NCBI RefSeq assembly: GCF_018977255.1
Contig: NW_024704743.1
Coordinates: 97,776,001-97,840,000, forward strand
Length of the DNA: 64,000 bases
Direction: 5' to 3'
DNA from: Callorhinchus milii
Taxonomy: Eukaryota
The notes beneath the pieces were generated by a model that did not search any database, had not been told where the DNA came from, and saw only the letters and a list, made by a program, of their open reading frames with translations. Shown one piece after another: positions 13,491-25,290 of this stretch (positions are counted from its first letter, which is position 1; each line of letters begins with the position of its first letter). A program made the translations under genes and the position numbers.

Positions 13491-13560
13491 TAAAATTTTG
13501 TCCACAAAATATAGTCAATTCACTTTACAGTATATCCTTTGAAGTGCTTTGAGGCATCTC

Positions 13561-13618
13561 AACAACAACAACTTGGATTTATATAGTGCCCTCCATGCCG
13601 GACGGCATCTCAGAGCGT
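13561..13618 (-). mobile_element. Minimal L2 3' stub inserted into a SINE tail, with ATCTC duplication
   Basis: (CAA)n plus 'cttggatttatatagtgccctccatgccggacggcatctcagagcg'; ATCTC at 13556-13560 and 13619-13623, after which the SINE tail resumes. Confidence 0.75.
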
Positions 13619-13806
13619 ATCTCGAGACGTAATAAAGTGCTATATCAAACGCAAGGATTATTATTAAAATGAGTTCCTGTATGCCTGTTGAAGTGGACGC
13701 TCCATGATGCCATTGCCCCATGTTATGGATAAAAATCCTACAGATAAAATTGGTCTTTCATTTCAATGGTGTTGTGCTAGGTGCAAATTAATTGCCATGT
13801 TCGCTT

Positions 13807-14576
13807 ACAACAACAACAACTTGGATTTATATAGCGCCCTCCACGCTGGACGGCGTCTCAGAGCGCTTCACAGTGACGGATCCCAGGGCCGAGTCAGGGG
13901 GAGGGGGAGGAAGGTGACCAAAGGCGCGGTCGAAAAGAAAGTTCTTCAGCAGAGACCTGAAATGGGTAAGGAAGGAGCGAGGCGAAGGGAGTGAAGAAGG
14001 CAGTACCAGAGCCTCGGGGCATAGTGGCTGAAGGCACGGCAGCCGAGGATGGAGTGGAGAACTCGGGGGATGAGGAGGAGGCCAGACCCGGAGGAACGAA
14101 GGCAACGGGTGCTGTTTTGAGGAGAGAAGAGGTCAGAGAGGTAGGGGGGTGCAGAGGAGTGAAGGGATTTGAAGACAAGAGTGAGATCTTGAAGTCGATC
14201 CTCTCTGGGATAGGGAGCCAGTGCAGTCTGGCAAGGACTGGAATAATCGGGGAGCGGAGTTTGGTGCGGGTGAGAATGCTGGCGGCAGTTTTGTATAACC
14301 TGGATTTTATGAATGGTAGTGGAGGGAAGACTGGCAAGGAGGGCATTTGAATAGTCCAGCTGAGAGGTGACAAATGCATGGACCAGGGTTTCAGCGGCTT
14401 TTGGAGTGAGGTATTGGCGGATTCGGGCGATGCGTCAGAGGTGGAAGAAAGCAATCCTGGTGAGGGACCGGATGTGGGGGAGGAAGGATAATTGGTGGTT
14501 GAACCTGACTCCTAGGTTGCGTATGGGTTTGGAGAGTTTTAGGGGGAGGTCGGATAGGTGGAGGAGGTGAGAACCG
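13807..14576 (-). mobile_element. L2 LINE, 5'-truncated (ORF2 C-terminus plus 3' UTR)
   Basis: ORF 13894-14454 contains TAASILTRTKLRSPIIPVLARLHWLPIPERIDFKI; (TTG)n tail; same subfamily as the copies at 38072 and 51339. Confidence 0.93.
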
Positions 14577-15101
14577 TACATTTGTGTATTACAAATGCAC
14601 AGCCACTATACTTCATAGGTGTAGTATCAAAAACATATATCATTATGGGATCTTTTAACATCTATCTGAGCGGGTAGGCAGGATCAGTTTAAACAGCTCA
14701 CCCAAAAGATGGTATTTCTGATAATGTTGTTTCCCACCTGACAGTAAAAGATGTAAAAGATACTGATGATGCAGATATAGCTCACCGTCTACAAAAAATG
14801 GCATTGATATTCAAAACTTGATCAATGACTGAAATATGAAACTTTCAATGAAGCATATTACAAATCTCTGAAACCATCGTATAGAGCACAATAAAACTAA
14901 ATTAAGTTTGTATTTTGAGGAAATTAATAACTTGCAGAAAGATTTCTACCCAGCTTTAGCATAATATTCTTTGTAAGGATAGGAGTCAGTAATGAAAATG
15001 AAATGCACATCATTATTATTTTCAGCCATTTGTTTTTACTGACATCAGAGAATTTCACATTAAGCTGTTCACTCCCACATCTCTGTGCCTTTACAATAAC
15101 T

Positions 15102-15406
15102 ATAATAATAATCCTTGCATTTCATATACCGTTTCTCATGTCTTCTAGACGTCTCAAAGAGCTTCACAAAATGTACTAGTAAAGTGAATTGACTATATAT
15201 TTGTGGGCGAATCACGGCAGCCAATTGCGCACAGCAGTGTCCCACAAACAGTTGTGGACTGAAATGACCAGTTTATTATTTTTTTGAGGGATTATTACTA
15301 GGTGTATGGAGTAAGGAAACTTGCCCAAGGTTTCGCCCTGCTGGGAATCAAACTCAGGTCTCTCACTTGCGAGCCGATTGCTCTAGCCACTGAGCCACAG
15401 GACTCC
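15102..15406 (-). mobile_element. tRNA-Ala SINE, short form, full length
   Basis: Reverse-complement head 'ccactgagccacaggactcc', body and (TAA)n tail. Confidence 0.92.
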
Positions 15407-15599
15407 ACTCAGGAATTGATGTAGCGCTTAATCACGTCTTTGAGACATCTCAGAGAGCTTCATAGAATATACCGTAAAGTGAATTGACTGTATATTTTGT
15501 GGGCGAAAGAATATCTTAACATTGAATTGAAAAGTGAATTTAATTCAAATTTATTTGAGTATTATTTTTACAGAAAAAGCAACTTCAATACTTGTATTA

Positions 15600-15805
15600 T
15601 TGAACCCTCAACCAGAAGATGTGGTTGAAGCAAAAAGCATCAATGCATTGTTAAGAGAAAGCTTTTTGCATATATGAAAGAGAAGGGAATAGAGAGGTAT
15701 TGGAGAGAGGAGGGGTTCAGGCTCCTGTGGAGTATCATTACAGGCACGGACTAGTTGTGTTCACTGGCCTGTTTCTGTGCTGTATCATTCTTTGCAATTC
15801 TATGT
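15600..15805 (+). mobile_element. CR1 3' UTR remnant
   Basis: 'gtggttgaagcaaaaagcatcaatgcatt..agaagggaatagagagg..ggcctgtttctgtgctgtatcattct'. Confidence 0.65.
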
Positions 15806-16926
15806 ATCATGACCAACACTTCATTTATATTCCAAAAATTATTTTTATTCAATAATGATCTCTTTACTGGAAGAAATACAAATTGCAATTTCTTGGCTTG
15901 TGTTTTGGATTTGAAATTGTACTTGTAATATATAGTAATAGGATAAAATATTAGTGTTTGATCAGTTTGTTTTGATGTTAGTTTTACCCCAATGTTAAAA
16001 CAATATCAAAATTGGAGGAACTTGGTTTTGAGATAAATAGGGCACTTGCACATTTTATTTATGCCAGGTGTAAAATTTAACAGTGCTGTCAAATAGTAAA
16101 CCTAAATGTGTATGTTTTATGACAATGGTACAATGTGGTTATAGAGAGCTTTCACATCTAAATTATGACTCATATCTAAATTATCCCTCATCAATTACTT
16201 TTCCTAGGATGTACATTATCTGGAGGATGCAGTGCCATTTTGCCCCAGGTTATATTGTGAAGCACCATTGAGAACTCCTGCTGTTGTTGATTGCACAGCT
16301 TGAAACAACATAAACAGCAGTGCGGAAAATGAAGCAAAAGGTTTTCCTTAGAAATACCCCCTACACATTTACATTCAATTTGTGCCTAAACTCTGCTGTG
16401 TAGTAACCTGAGCCTGTAATCTCAGGTGCAAGTTAAACTGCTTAAAAGATGGGCGGGACAAATTATTGTGAGGAATTTCCGGTTTGGAAATATTCAGTAG
16501 GTGATAGTCTCATTTATAAAACCTACTAGTTTGCATTTTTCAGATTTTGAAACGATTATTATTATTATTATGGTTGAAAAGGTGGCAGAGGACTCCCTAG
16601 TCCAGCATCACATTAGATTGTGTTTTACGGATAGTAACCTCTTAAGTCTATTCTCTCATATTGCCATAATGACTTACATCCCCAACTTCCACAGTGCCCT
16701 TTTAAGTGTAGTGTTTCGTTAACTTCTTCAACGCTGAATAATCTAAATAATTCCACATATAAATCCAAGGTAAAGAAGATTATCTGAATACAAAATTACA
16801 TTTCAAATATGATCTGCATAATATATCTGCTATATTTCTATAGTAAGGATCCAGGACTGATACCTGTGGGCTGTGGGTTTACAGTACTCATTTCTTCTTC
16901 ACTCCTGGTTACTGCACTATAACTGT

Positions 16927-17249
16927 GGAGTCCTGTATCTCTGTGGTTAGAGCACTCACCTCACAAGAGAGAGACCTGGATTTGATCCCCAGCAAAGTGA
17001 AACCTTGGGTAAGTTTCCTTATTCCACAAGCCTCTGTTTACCTAGCTGGAAGTAGGAACCCGCTTGTTAGACAATTGGCGAATCGCTTTTTCGGGGGTAA
17101 TAATTGCTTAAAAAAAANTCCATGACTGCTTGTGGGACACTACTGTGCGCAATTGGCTCCTGCGTTTCGTCCACAAAATATTCAGTTAATTCACTTTACA
17201 GTATATTCTGTGAAGTATAAGGCTTTGATACGTAATAAGGCGCTATATA
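16927..17249 (+). mobile_element. tRNA-Ala SINE, long form
   Basis: ggagtcctgta head; long-form block 'gcctctgtttacctagc..agtaggaaccc'; tail partly deleted. Confidence 0.88.
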
Positions 17250-17584
17250 TTGGCCTTGCTACTAAATTTTGTTTTACAAAATATATATTTATTTGTTGAT
17301 ATATATTTACACTTACCTCAGACACTATCAAACCCATTACAGAAAAGATGCAATGTGTTATTATCCCGTTACAGGATGCAACAGACTTGGCCCCTTGTAG
17401 CGAGGGGATTGCCTCTGCGCACGACACTTTGGCTTTGCTACTAATTTTTTTTTTAAATCGGTGAGTGAGGTTTCACCTGCTCACTCCCATTAACTGAATT
17501 AGACCGAAACGTTCCACTTTGGGAATGAGGGTTGTCCCCACCAGACAAATCCCAATCTCCCACAAACTCTTCTGGACCCTAAAT

Positions 17585-17904
17585 TAATAATAATAATAAT
17601 AATCCTTCTATTTGATATAACGTTTTTCACGTCGGGAGGACGTCCCAAAGCGCTTCACAGAACACACTGTAAAGTGAATTGACTGTATATTTGTGGGCGA
17701 ACGCGGCAGCCAATTGCACACAGCAATGTCCCACAAACAGTCGTAGATTGAAAATGACCAATTTATTATTGTTTTTGTTTTTGGAGGGATTATTATTAGG
17801 AGTGTGGAGTAAGGAAACTTGCCCAAGGTTTCGCCCTACCTGGAATTGAACTCAGGTCTCTCGCTTGCAAAGTGAGTGCTCTAACCACTGAGCTACAGGA
17901 CTCC
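17585..17904 (-). mobile_element. tRNA-Ala SINE, short form, young
   Basis: Near-identical to 54096-54410 and 60109-60423 (the ORF track gives almost the same peptide for all three). Confidence 0.95.
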
Positions 17905-18139
17905 AAATTAGCAGACCTGAACCATCTCTCTCTGGCCTCTATGGCAGGGTAAGCCTGGTGTCCAAGTTCTCAAATGAGCTCTAAATTCCAGTATCTCTGC
18001 TGCCTCTTCGTGAAGACAGATCAAAATCCTCAGATCGGAAGTACTGCAATGCCAATCCCAACCAACAAAGGCTGAAAGTATAGCTGCAACCAGGAGTTCG
18101 ATCCTTCCCATAATGTCCCAGTTATGGATGAGATTCGGT

Positions 18140-18355
18140 CATTCCACAAAACCCTCTCTCTCTAGAACACTTTATCCTTTCTCTTCCTTCCTGCCCTTCA
18201 AAATCCTCTTAACACTTCTCTTTGACCATGCCTTTGGGCAATACTCAAATTTTCCCTCATTTGCCCTCTGGTTGATGGTCACTATTGCATTTGGGAAGCA
18301 CTTGAGCTGTTCATCCTACACGTAATGGCCTGTTAAAGTGCATATTGTTGTTGTT
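18140..18355 (+). mobile_element. Old L2 3' end
   Basis: 'ccttcaaaatcctcttaacacttctctttgaccatgcctttggg..aagcacttgag..ttgttgttgtt'. Confidence 0.6.
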
Positions 18356-20493
18356 TCACCCACAAATACACAGTCAATTCACTTTACAATAATATTCTGT
18401 GAAGCACTCTGAGATTTCTCAACAACATGATAAGGCGCTGTATCAAATGCAAGGGTTATTATTGTTACTATTATTAAGTATGTGATCAAAAGAGGTTAAC
18501 ATTATCCTCGGAAGTCCCCGTTGTCCAAACTGGCTCTGAAGAGATGGTAAACCATCCAGGTCTAGAGCAAATGCAAGTATCAGCCAGCCACACAACAGGA
18601 CTGTCCTCAACGAACAGGTACTGTGAAACAAACCTTGATAAGATATTTGTTATTATTTCAATTCCTAAAGAGTTCAAAATGACCATATATGAATTGCTCA
18701 CCTAATTGGATTTTTCACCGTCACAGTCATATTCCAAAGTTTGCAATTCCAACAGAAAGCTGAATATTTCCGTACAGACTGTAGTTTATCAATTAAAACA
18801 AGGTACCTGATTTATTTACATCAAAATGTTCAAAATGATCAATACAAGCAGCATAACATATTGCAGTATCAATCTAAAAGTACTTAACAGATTATTTACC
18901 CACTCTGGAACTGGATTACATTGGAATGGAGTTTCTGTGGGTGTGCGTGACTTACTTCTGGTTTGAGGATTCTCCACTGAATAACTCTGATCCATTATTA
19001 ACTGATCCAGTTTAAAAATACCCCAAATTAGATCAATTAAGCCTTGCAGCTTTCAATGGGGTGTACTTATTCTTTTAAATATGACCAATTTCTTCTGCTT
19101 ACACATCTCCTCTATATTTTTAACAGGCTATAGGGCAAAGTGAATGACTGAGCTATTCTAATCAGCAATATATTATAGCCAGAAGATGTGTGTTGCTTTC
19201 CTTCTTTTCCCTTGTCTAATATTCCTAATAGTTTCACTGTAACTGGCTGATAATTTTATATATGTTTTCCTGCTTTGCAGATAACCTTTCTTTCGGTCAA
19301 CAAAGGGAAGAAGGATTAAAGATTTGTTGCAGACCAAAGTAATAGTATCTGTGCAAAAATAAACCAGTCTGTAGCCTGGTTCTCTGAGATAATTGGAGTG
19401 CACAGAGAGCTCTTCATGGTACAAATCAGAATGGTGCCTGGAGAAATTGAATGTGGATGGGTGTGAGTCTGTGACTGGCAGATAAACAAACCCTATGGGG
19501 TTCTGTAATAATGGGAACAGATGACACCACGAATGTACCAAACCCTGATGCTTAGAATTTGCTAAATTAGAGCTAAGGACATTTGAAGGGCATTTAGATT
19601 GGTTTCAGCTCCATTGTTACACATTAGCCTTTGTTCCTTTTTCTTTCCAAAGTGAAGGTACCAACCTTAAAGGTGTGTTTTTTCTTTCTGCATTATAAGT
19701 GCACACTACCAAGGATTTAACCCACAAGCAGGATGTTTGGCTCTTAGTTGCCTCTTTATATCCATTTATACTATTGACATTTATTGACTTCCCTAATTTC
19801 ACTAATTTCGCTTATCTTGAGCCCGATTTATTTTTATTATTCCTAATGTCCAATTCTAACTTTGATCAACATAATTAATTTGCCTGTTTGAACTTTGGCA
19901 GTCCCCTTCAGAATTTCGAAGACTTCAGTTAGACCACTCTTGAAACCTCTTCTTTTCCAATCGATCAAACTAACTTCTTCAACCTTATCTCACAGCTTAG
20001 TTTCCTGAACAGTTTGCCAATGTGGATAGTGCCTACAGTTTTGCCAGTTCAAATCCTGGATGTTTCCCCACAAAATACACAGTCAAGCCACTTTACAGGA
20101 TATCCTTTGAAGCACTTTGAGACATCTCGATGGCGTTGTAAGGCCAATATCAAAAGCAATGATTATTATTATTATGATTATTCAGGAAGTGCCTAACACG
20201 ATAAGGCTGATTGGAATCCAGATAACTCAGATGCCACATTAAGGAAAGCATGGGTTTCCTGGGCTGAGGTGAAGCTTTTCAACTTAAATATTGACTGTTG
20301 GCACCACTAAGCATCATTAAGTCTAAGGAGAATAAACCTACCTCACTTTGCCTTCATCAGCTACTGTGACTGAATCCCCTCCCCGTCATGACAACCAACA
20401 GGATTGAACACACAGTTGTGCCAAATTGCTAGATTACTAGGAATTTAATTTACTCTCACTATTGCAGTTAAACAACATCTTTAGTAACCTTGT

Positions 20494-20870
20494 GGAGTCC
20501 TGTTGATAAGTGTTAGAGCACTCGCCTTGCAAGCGAGAGGATCTGGGGTCGATTCCCAGCCAGGGCGAAACGTTGGTCAAGTTTCCTTACTCCACAGGCC
20601 TCTGTTTACCTTGCAATGAGGAGGAAGCTGTTTGTTAGTCGATTGGTGGATCGCTTTTCCGGGGGTAATAATCCATTAAAAAAAACAATAATAATAATAA
20701 TTTGGTTACTCAATGCACGACTGTTTGTGGGACACTGCTGTGTGCAATTGGCTGCCGCATTTCGCCCACAAAATATAAAGTCAATGCACTTTGCAGTATA
20801 TTTTGTGAAGCGCTTTGAGATGCCTCAAAGATGTGATAAGGCACTTTATCAAATGCAAGGATTATTATTA
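20494..20870 (+). mobile_element. tRNA-Ala SINE, long form, full length
   Basis: Head with anticodon arm ctcgccttgcaagcgag (TGC), long internal block, L2-type tail. Confidence 0.92.
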
Positions 20871-23389
20871 TATGCACACAACTAATTTGTTTTAGCCAGT
20901 AACACAAGGATATTATTACACAGTTTAGCATCAATCACAAAAAGAGATAAAGTCAAAGAGAGAAAATTCCTCCAATGCTAGATTTGAGTGTCAACTGAGC
21001 AAGTCTATATGTAACATAGTTTTTGATCTTGTTAACTTGAAGTACTTGTCTGAGGTTAATATTCCAGTGAAGACAGCTTTAGTTTGGCATGTGTGAATGG
21101 CTTTTAGCACACAGATACATTATGCACTCGTGCACGCTAACTTATATAAATTTCTATTCATCCATAACAAAAGCCTGTGTTTTCTTATTATGTGGTCAGT
21201 TTTATGGAGTTTACAAGTAATAATGAGCTAAAACTTCGATTCAAAGGCAAATGTCTCAGCAAATGAAGTAGAAATTACATAATTTCCTTACGCATTTGAC
21301 TTAAGAAGTCAGCAAAGTTGTAAATCTATTCGGTATCTGCATTTTGTTCCTGGTACAGAAAGGCCCCAATTAATTGAGTATCAGAGTTTGACACGGAAAG
21401 GGTCACTCTGACAAAGACACCAGATGTAATGACTTAATTATTTGGGAGACTGTTCTCGAAATGAGGTTTCTGAAATGTTTAGTTTGACAGTGTTTTAATT
21501 GAGAAATTTAAATTTATGGTTATGACATTAAAATAATTTCAGTTAACAGGGAATTACTTGCAGACATCATTTTCCAATCCAACTTGTCTGGCGCTTGTAA
21601 ATTAGCTTATACCATAAATACAACCCATAAATAAACTTGGGCGTTAAACATCTTCAAAAGTATAGAACTCAGTGAGTAATCTAATGGTCAGATGTGGCCA
21701 AGCATTTTATATGGGCAAATTAGCAGTTTACTGGGTTTCCTACAGCCTTTGGAATTTTGGATGTACAGTGTATGCAAATCTCTTTTTTTTCACACCCCAA
21801 ATTCCATGATGCAGCTTCATTAACATTGAAAATATACTGTACAGAAGTTCACTGTTCTTACCTAGCTTGAGTCTAAGTGAAATTGTGGGACTTAAATAGG
21901 AAAACTCCACCCAGTGATAAAATCTCTGTGGGTATCGCCGTGTTTGTCAATCTTCTGCAGTCCGTCTAATTTTCTTTTTTGTCTGAAGGCAACAGCAGCT
22001 GCCCTGTCTGTTGCAATTCAGTGGGCGATATTATAACTGACATCCCATTTGTCAGCAAGTAGCTTGGGCACACGGATGCTAATGTCTATTTTTTTTTAAT
22101 GAGCCTTGAAAGGACTCCCTACCAAGCTATCATTGTCCATCTGTCTGTGCATCAGCTGGACTCCAATGGTTTCAAATAATGTATGCATTACATGAAGAGG
22201 TTGTTAAATTGAAGGTTTTCATTTTTATCTAACACTTCGAAAATAAGGAGTGAAATTCTATGAAATAAAATGTGTTGCAAGGGCCACAGTCAGAATGTTT
22301 GTGTTAGATATCCTTTGCTGGAGACTATCTAACTTTTCAATACTGAAGAACCTATCAATGTTGCAATGAAAGAAAAGACAAGTCAAATCTCGAATGGGTT
22401 TGGACTGAGAGGTCAGTAATTTGCATGAAGTTCTCCTTGAAAGTGTGAGGGTAATATATTGACAGAATGCTTAAGTTAGGTTCTGAATGATTTCAAGATA
22501 AAAATAATAATCCTTGCATTTGATATAGTGCCTTATCACGTCCTTGAAACGTCTCAACGTGCTTCACAGAATATATTGAAAAGTGAATTGATTGTATATT
22601 TTGTGGGTGAAATGTGACAGCCATTAGCATAATTTAGTATGTAATTTTGTTGTTGTTGTTGTTGAGTGACACTCTGTTTATAGTCCAGTTTATTTTATGC
22701 TTTGCTTCCTTTTCCAATTTTGCATAATCAGATTTTTCATTGGTATTATTAGCCAAACAAAAATTTGGCTGAGGCTATTCTCAGTCTTGGGGCTTTTTTG
22801 GAGGTTTTTTAAATCAGATTAAAAAGCAACCCATAAAGAAAGTTTATGTGCCCTCCTGTTTTATTGCCTTCACCCCATTTGAACTCATCCTATTAGTATA
22901 CCCACCCTATCATTCATTCATTACAGAATCAAGCTGTTACTGAAATGAATCTGGCATCTTGGCCTCAACCACCCTTCCTGTTTATCTGTTCCAGTCATTA
23001 GTTCCCATCTGTGTAAAGAAATAATTCCTAATGTCTGTCCTGAAAATGTCCTTTACAACCCTGAACTTGTAGCCACTTGGTCTGCTGCATTTGGCTATTT
23101 GGAAATATTGTTTTGGGTTTACTTTTTCAATCCCATTTGCAAGGTCCCCTGTGAGAACATCTCTTTTGACAGAGTGTAACCTTGCCTGTGTAAATTAAAC
23201 GGAGGAGAGGTTTGCCAGTGGTTATGATCAATGATGATGATTCACCACAGCGAGTGTTATGAACACAGAAGCAAAACCAAATTGTCTAAGTATGTGGAAT
23301 AAATAAATCTATTCCACTCTATCGGATGTGTTTCAGCATTTTGTCAGATCATGGCTGCAGGAAGCTAATTATCCCTTGCTTTATGTACA

Positions 23390-23727
23390 GGAGTCCTGTA
23401 GCTCAGTGGTTAGAGCACTCGCCTCACAAGCAAGAGACCTAGAGACCTTGGTTCAATTCCCAGCAGGGCGAAGCGTTGGGCAAGTTTCCTTACTCCACAC
23501 GCCTGATAATAATCCTTCAAGAACAAAAAACAATAATACAATTGGTCACTTCAATTTACGACTGTTTGAGGAACACTGTTGTGCTCAACGGCTGCTGCGT
23601 TTCACCCACAAATATACAGTCAATTCACTTTACAGTATATTCTGTGAAGCGCTTTGAGGCGTTTAGAAGATGTGAAAAGCGCTATATCAAATGCAAGGAT
23701 TATTATTATCATTATTATTATTATTAT
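23390..23727 (+). mobile_element. tRNA-Ala SINE, short form, full length
   Basis: ggagtcctgtagctcagtggttagagc ... caaatgcaaggattattattatc(att)n. Confidence 0.93.
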
Positions 23728-24392
23728 GAATTGCTTCATGGTATTTTCACTGGTCAGTGAGTCAGTAATTACAGGGCATAAATTTACGATTATTACCAAA
23801 AATAAAAAGAGGTCAGAGATTTTTTTTGCACATTTTTGGAATGTCCCTTCCATAAATAGTAGGTTGAAACAGAATCCATAACAGCTTTTTAAAAATAATT
23901 AGACAAACATCAAAAGAAAATGCTATAAAATGAGATGGGGAAAGGCAGGAGAATGGCCTAAACAGATACAGTTAAAATGCTCATGACTGTTTATCTGAAT
24001 CAAGCTCCAATGCAGAAGTGGATGTGGAGTTGTGAAGTGCTGGTAAAAATATCTAGGTGTGCTCAAAGGAGAAGTTTTGTGTGAGCAGAGCATGTGAGGT
24101 TACTTATAATAACATTTACTTGTGCTGAATTGTTTGCTTATCTGCAAAGCGACTGGTACAATTAGGCCTGGAATCAGCTCTGCACTGTAGCTCTTATAGA
24201 GAGCTGGTACAGGGACAATGACTTCAGTTGTCTTTTACCCAATGAATACTACGCCTCCCCTGGTGAACTGGTGTTTGCACTAAAATTTCTGGGTCATTAA
24301 GTTTCCACAGACATCATGATTATCTGCGCATGTTCAGCAAACAGGAAATGATTTGGTGGCAACCCAATGACCAGGAACCAGTTGTGCACATT

Positions 24393-24471
24393 CAGTGAAG
24401 CTGGATATCGTAACTGGCTATAGGTTAGGATTTTATGGACCCGACAATCATATTATATCTAGGGTCCACTG
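24393..24471. mobile_element. Possible Tigger/pogo-type mini-MITE
   Basis: Right end reverse-complements to TA-CAGTGGACCCTAGATATAA; left end CAGTGAAGCTGGATAT is an imperfect inverted repeat of it. Confidence 0.4.
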
Positions 24472-25030
24472 TATAATAATAATAATAATAATAATCTTTG
24501 CATTTATTTATTTAATATTATCTACATTTTTGATGGGGCATTTCATAAGAGATCTCCTGTTCGAATGAAAAAGTAGCTCATTGTAGGTAGAACTTTGAGA
24601 TGTTTTGGCATGATAATGTGTTATATCAATTGCAAGTGTTGTTATTATTTATGCGCTTCTATGAGGATAGGAAATGGAAAGTGAGTCACCATGGCATGCT
24701 CTCATAGCTTATAGCAGCTGTTCGTAAGCCAACATTGGAAAAGCAGGACAGTACCATTCCTCTTGGGAAGAATAGTCTTTGGTTCAAAAAATAACTTATA
24801 GAACAAAGCCCAAGAATAGAGAGCAACTTATAAACTATTGGATTCCGAATTTGAAAATAAGCACCTTCAAAAATCAATCCTAAAAGTTTCAGATTGTGGT
24901 GAACCTTTCTGCAGCAATGTGAAACAATCTAATGTTTTGCTTAAAATCATAATAATAAAAAATAATAATAATTGAATTTGGATTCGGTTGAGAACATCTC
25001 AAAGTGCTTCACAAGGTTTCTGTGATTCGT

Positions 25031-25290
25031 GGAGTCCTGTATCATATTGGTTAGAGCACTCGTTTCACAAATGATAAGAACCGGGTTTGATTCTCGGTCG
25101 GGGTGAAACCTTAGGCAAATTTCCTTACTCCACCCTCCTCTGCTTACCTAGCAGTAAGTAGGAACCCTTGATTGGCAGATTGCTTTCCACATTTCGCACA
25201 CAAAATATATAGTCAATTCAATTTATAGTATATTCCGTGACGCGCCTTGAGACATCTCAACAATGTGATAAGGCGCTATATCAAATGCAA
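25031..25290 (+). mobile_element. tRNA-Ala SINE, long form with internal deletion, decayed
   Basis: ggagtcctgta head, 'ctctgcttacctagcagtaagtaggaaccc', tail 'gcgctatatcaaatgcaa'. Confidence 0.82.

Noticed and set aside
17608..17826. Recurrent 'MGKFPYST..' ORFs that look like a gene family
   Set aside because: Incidental translation of the SINE body from a TTG start
18443..18701. Minus-strand acceptor 'gtttgtttcacag' followed by a signal-peptide-like frame
   Set aside because: No convincing donor; the frames run into a SINE tail and match no family I recognise
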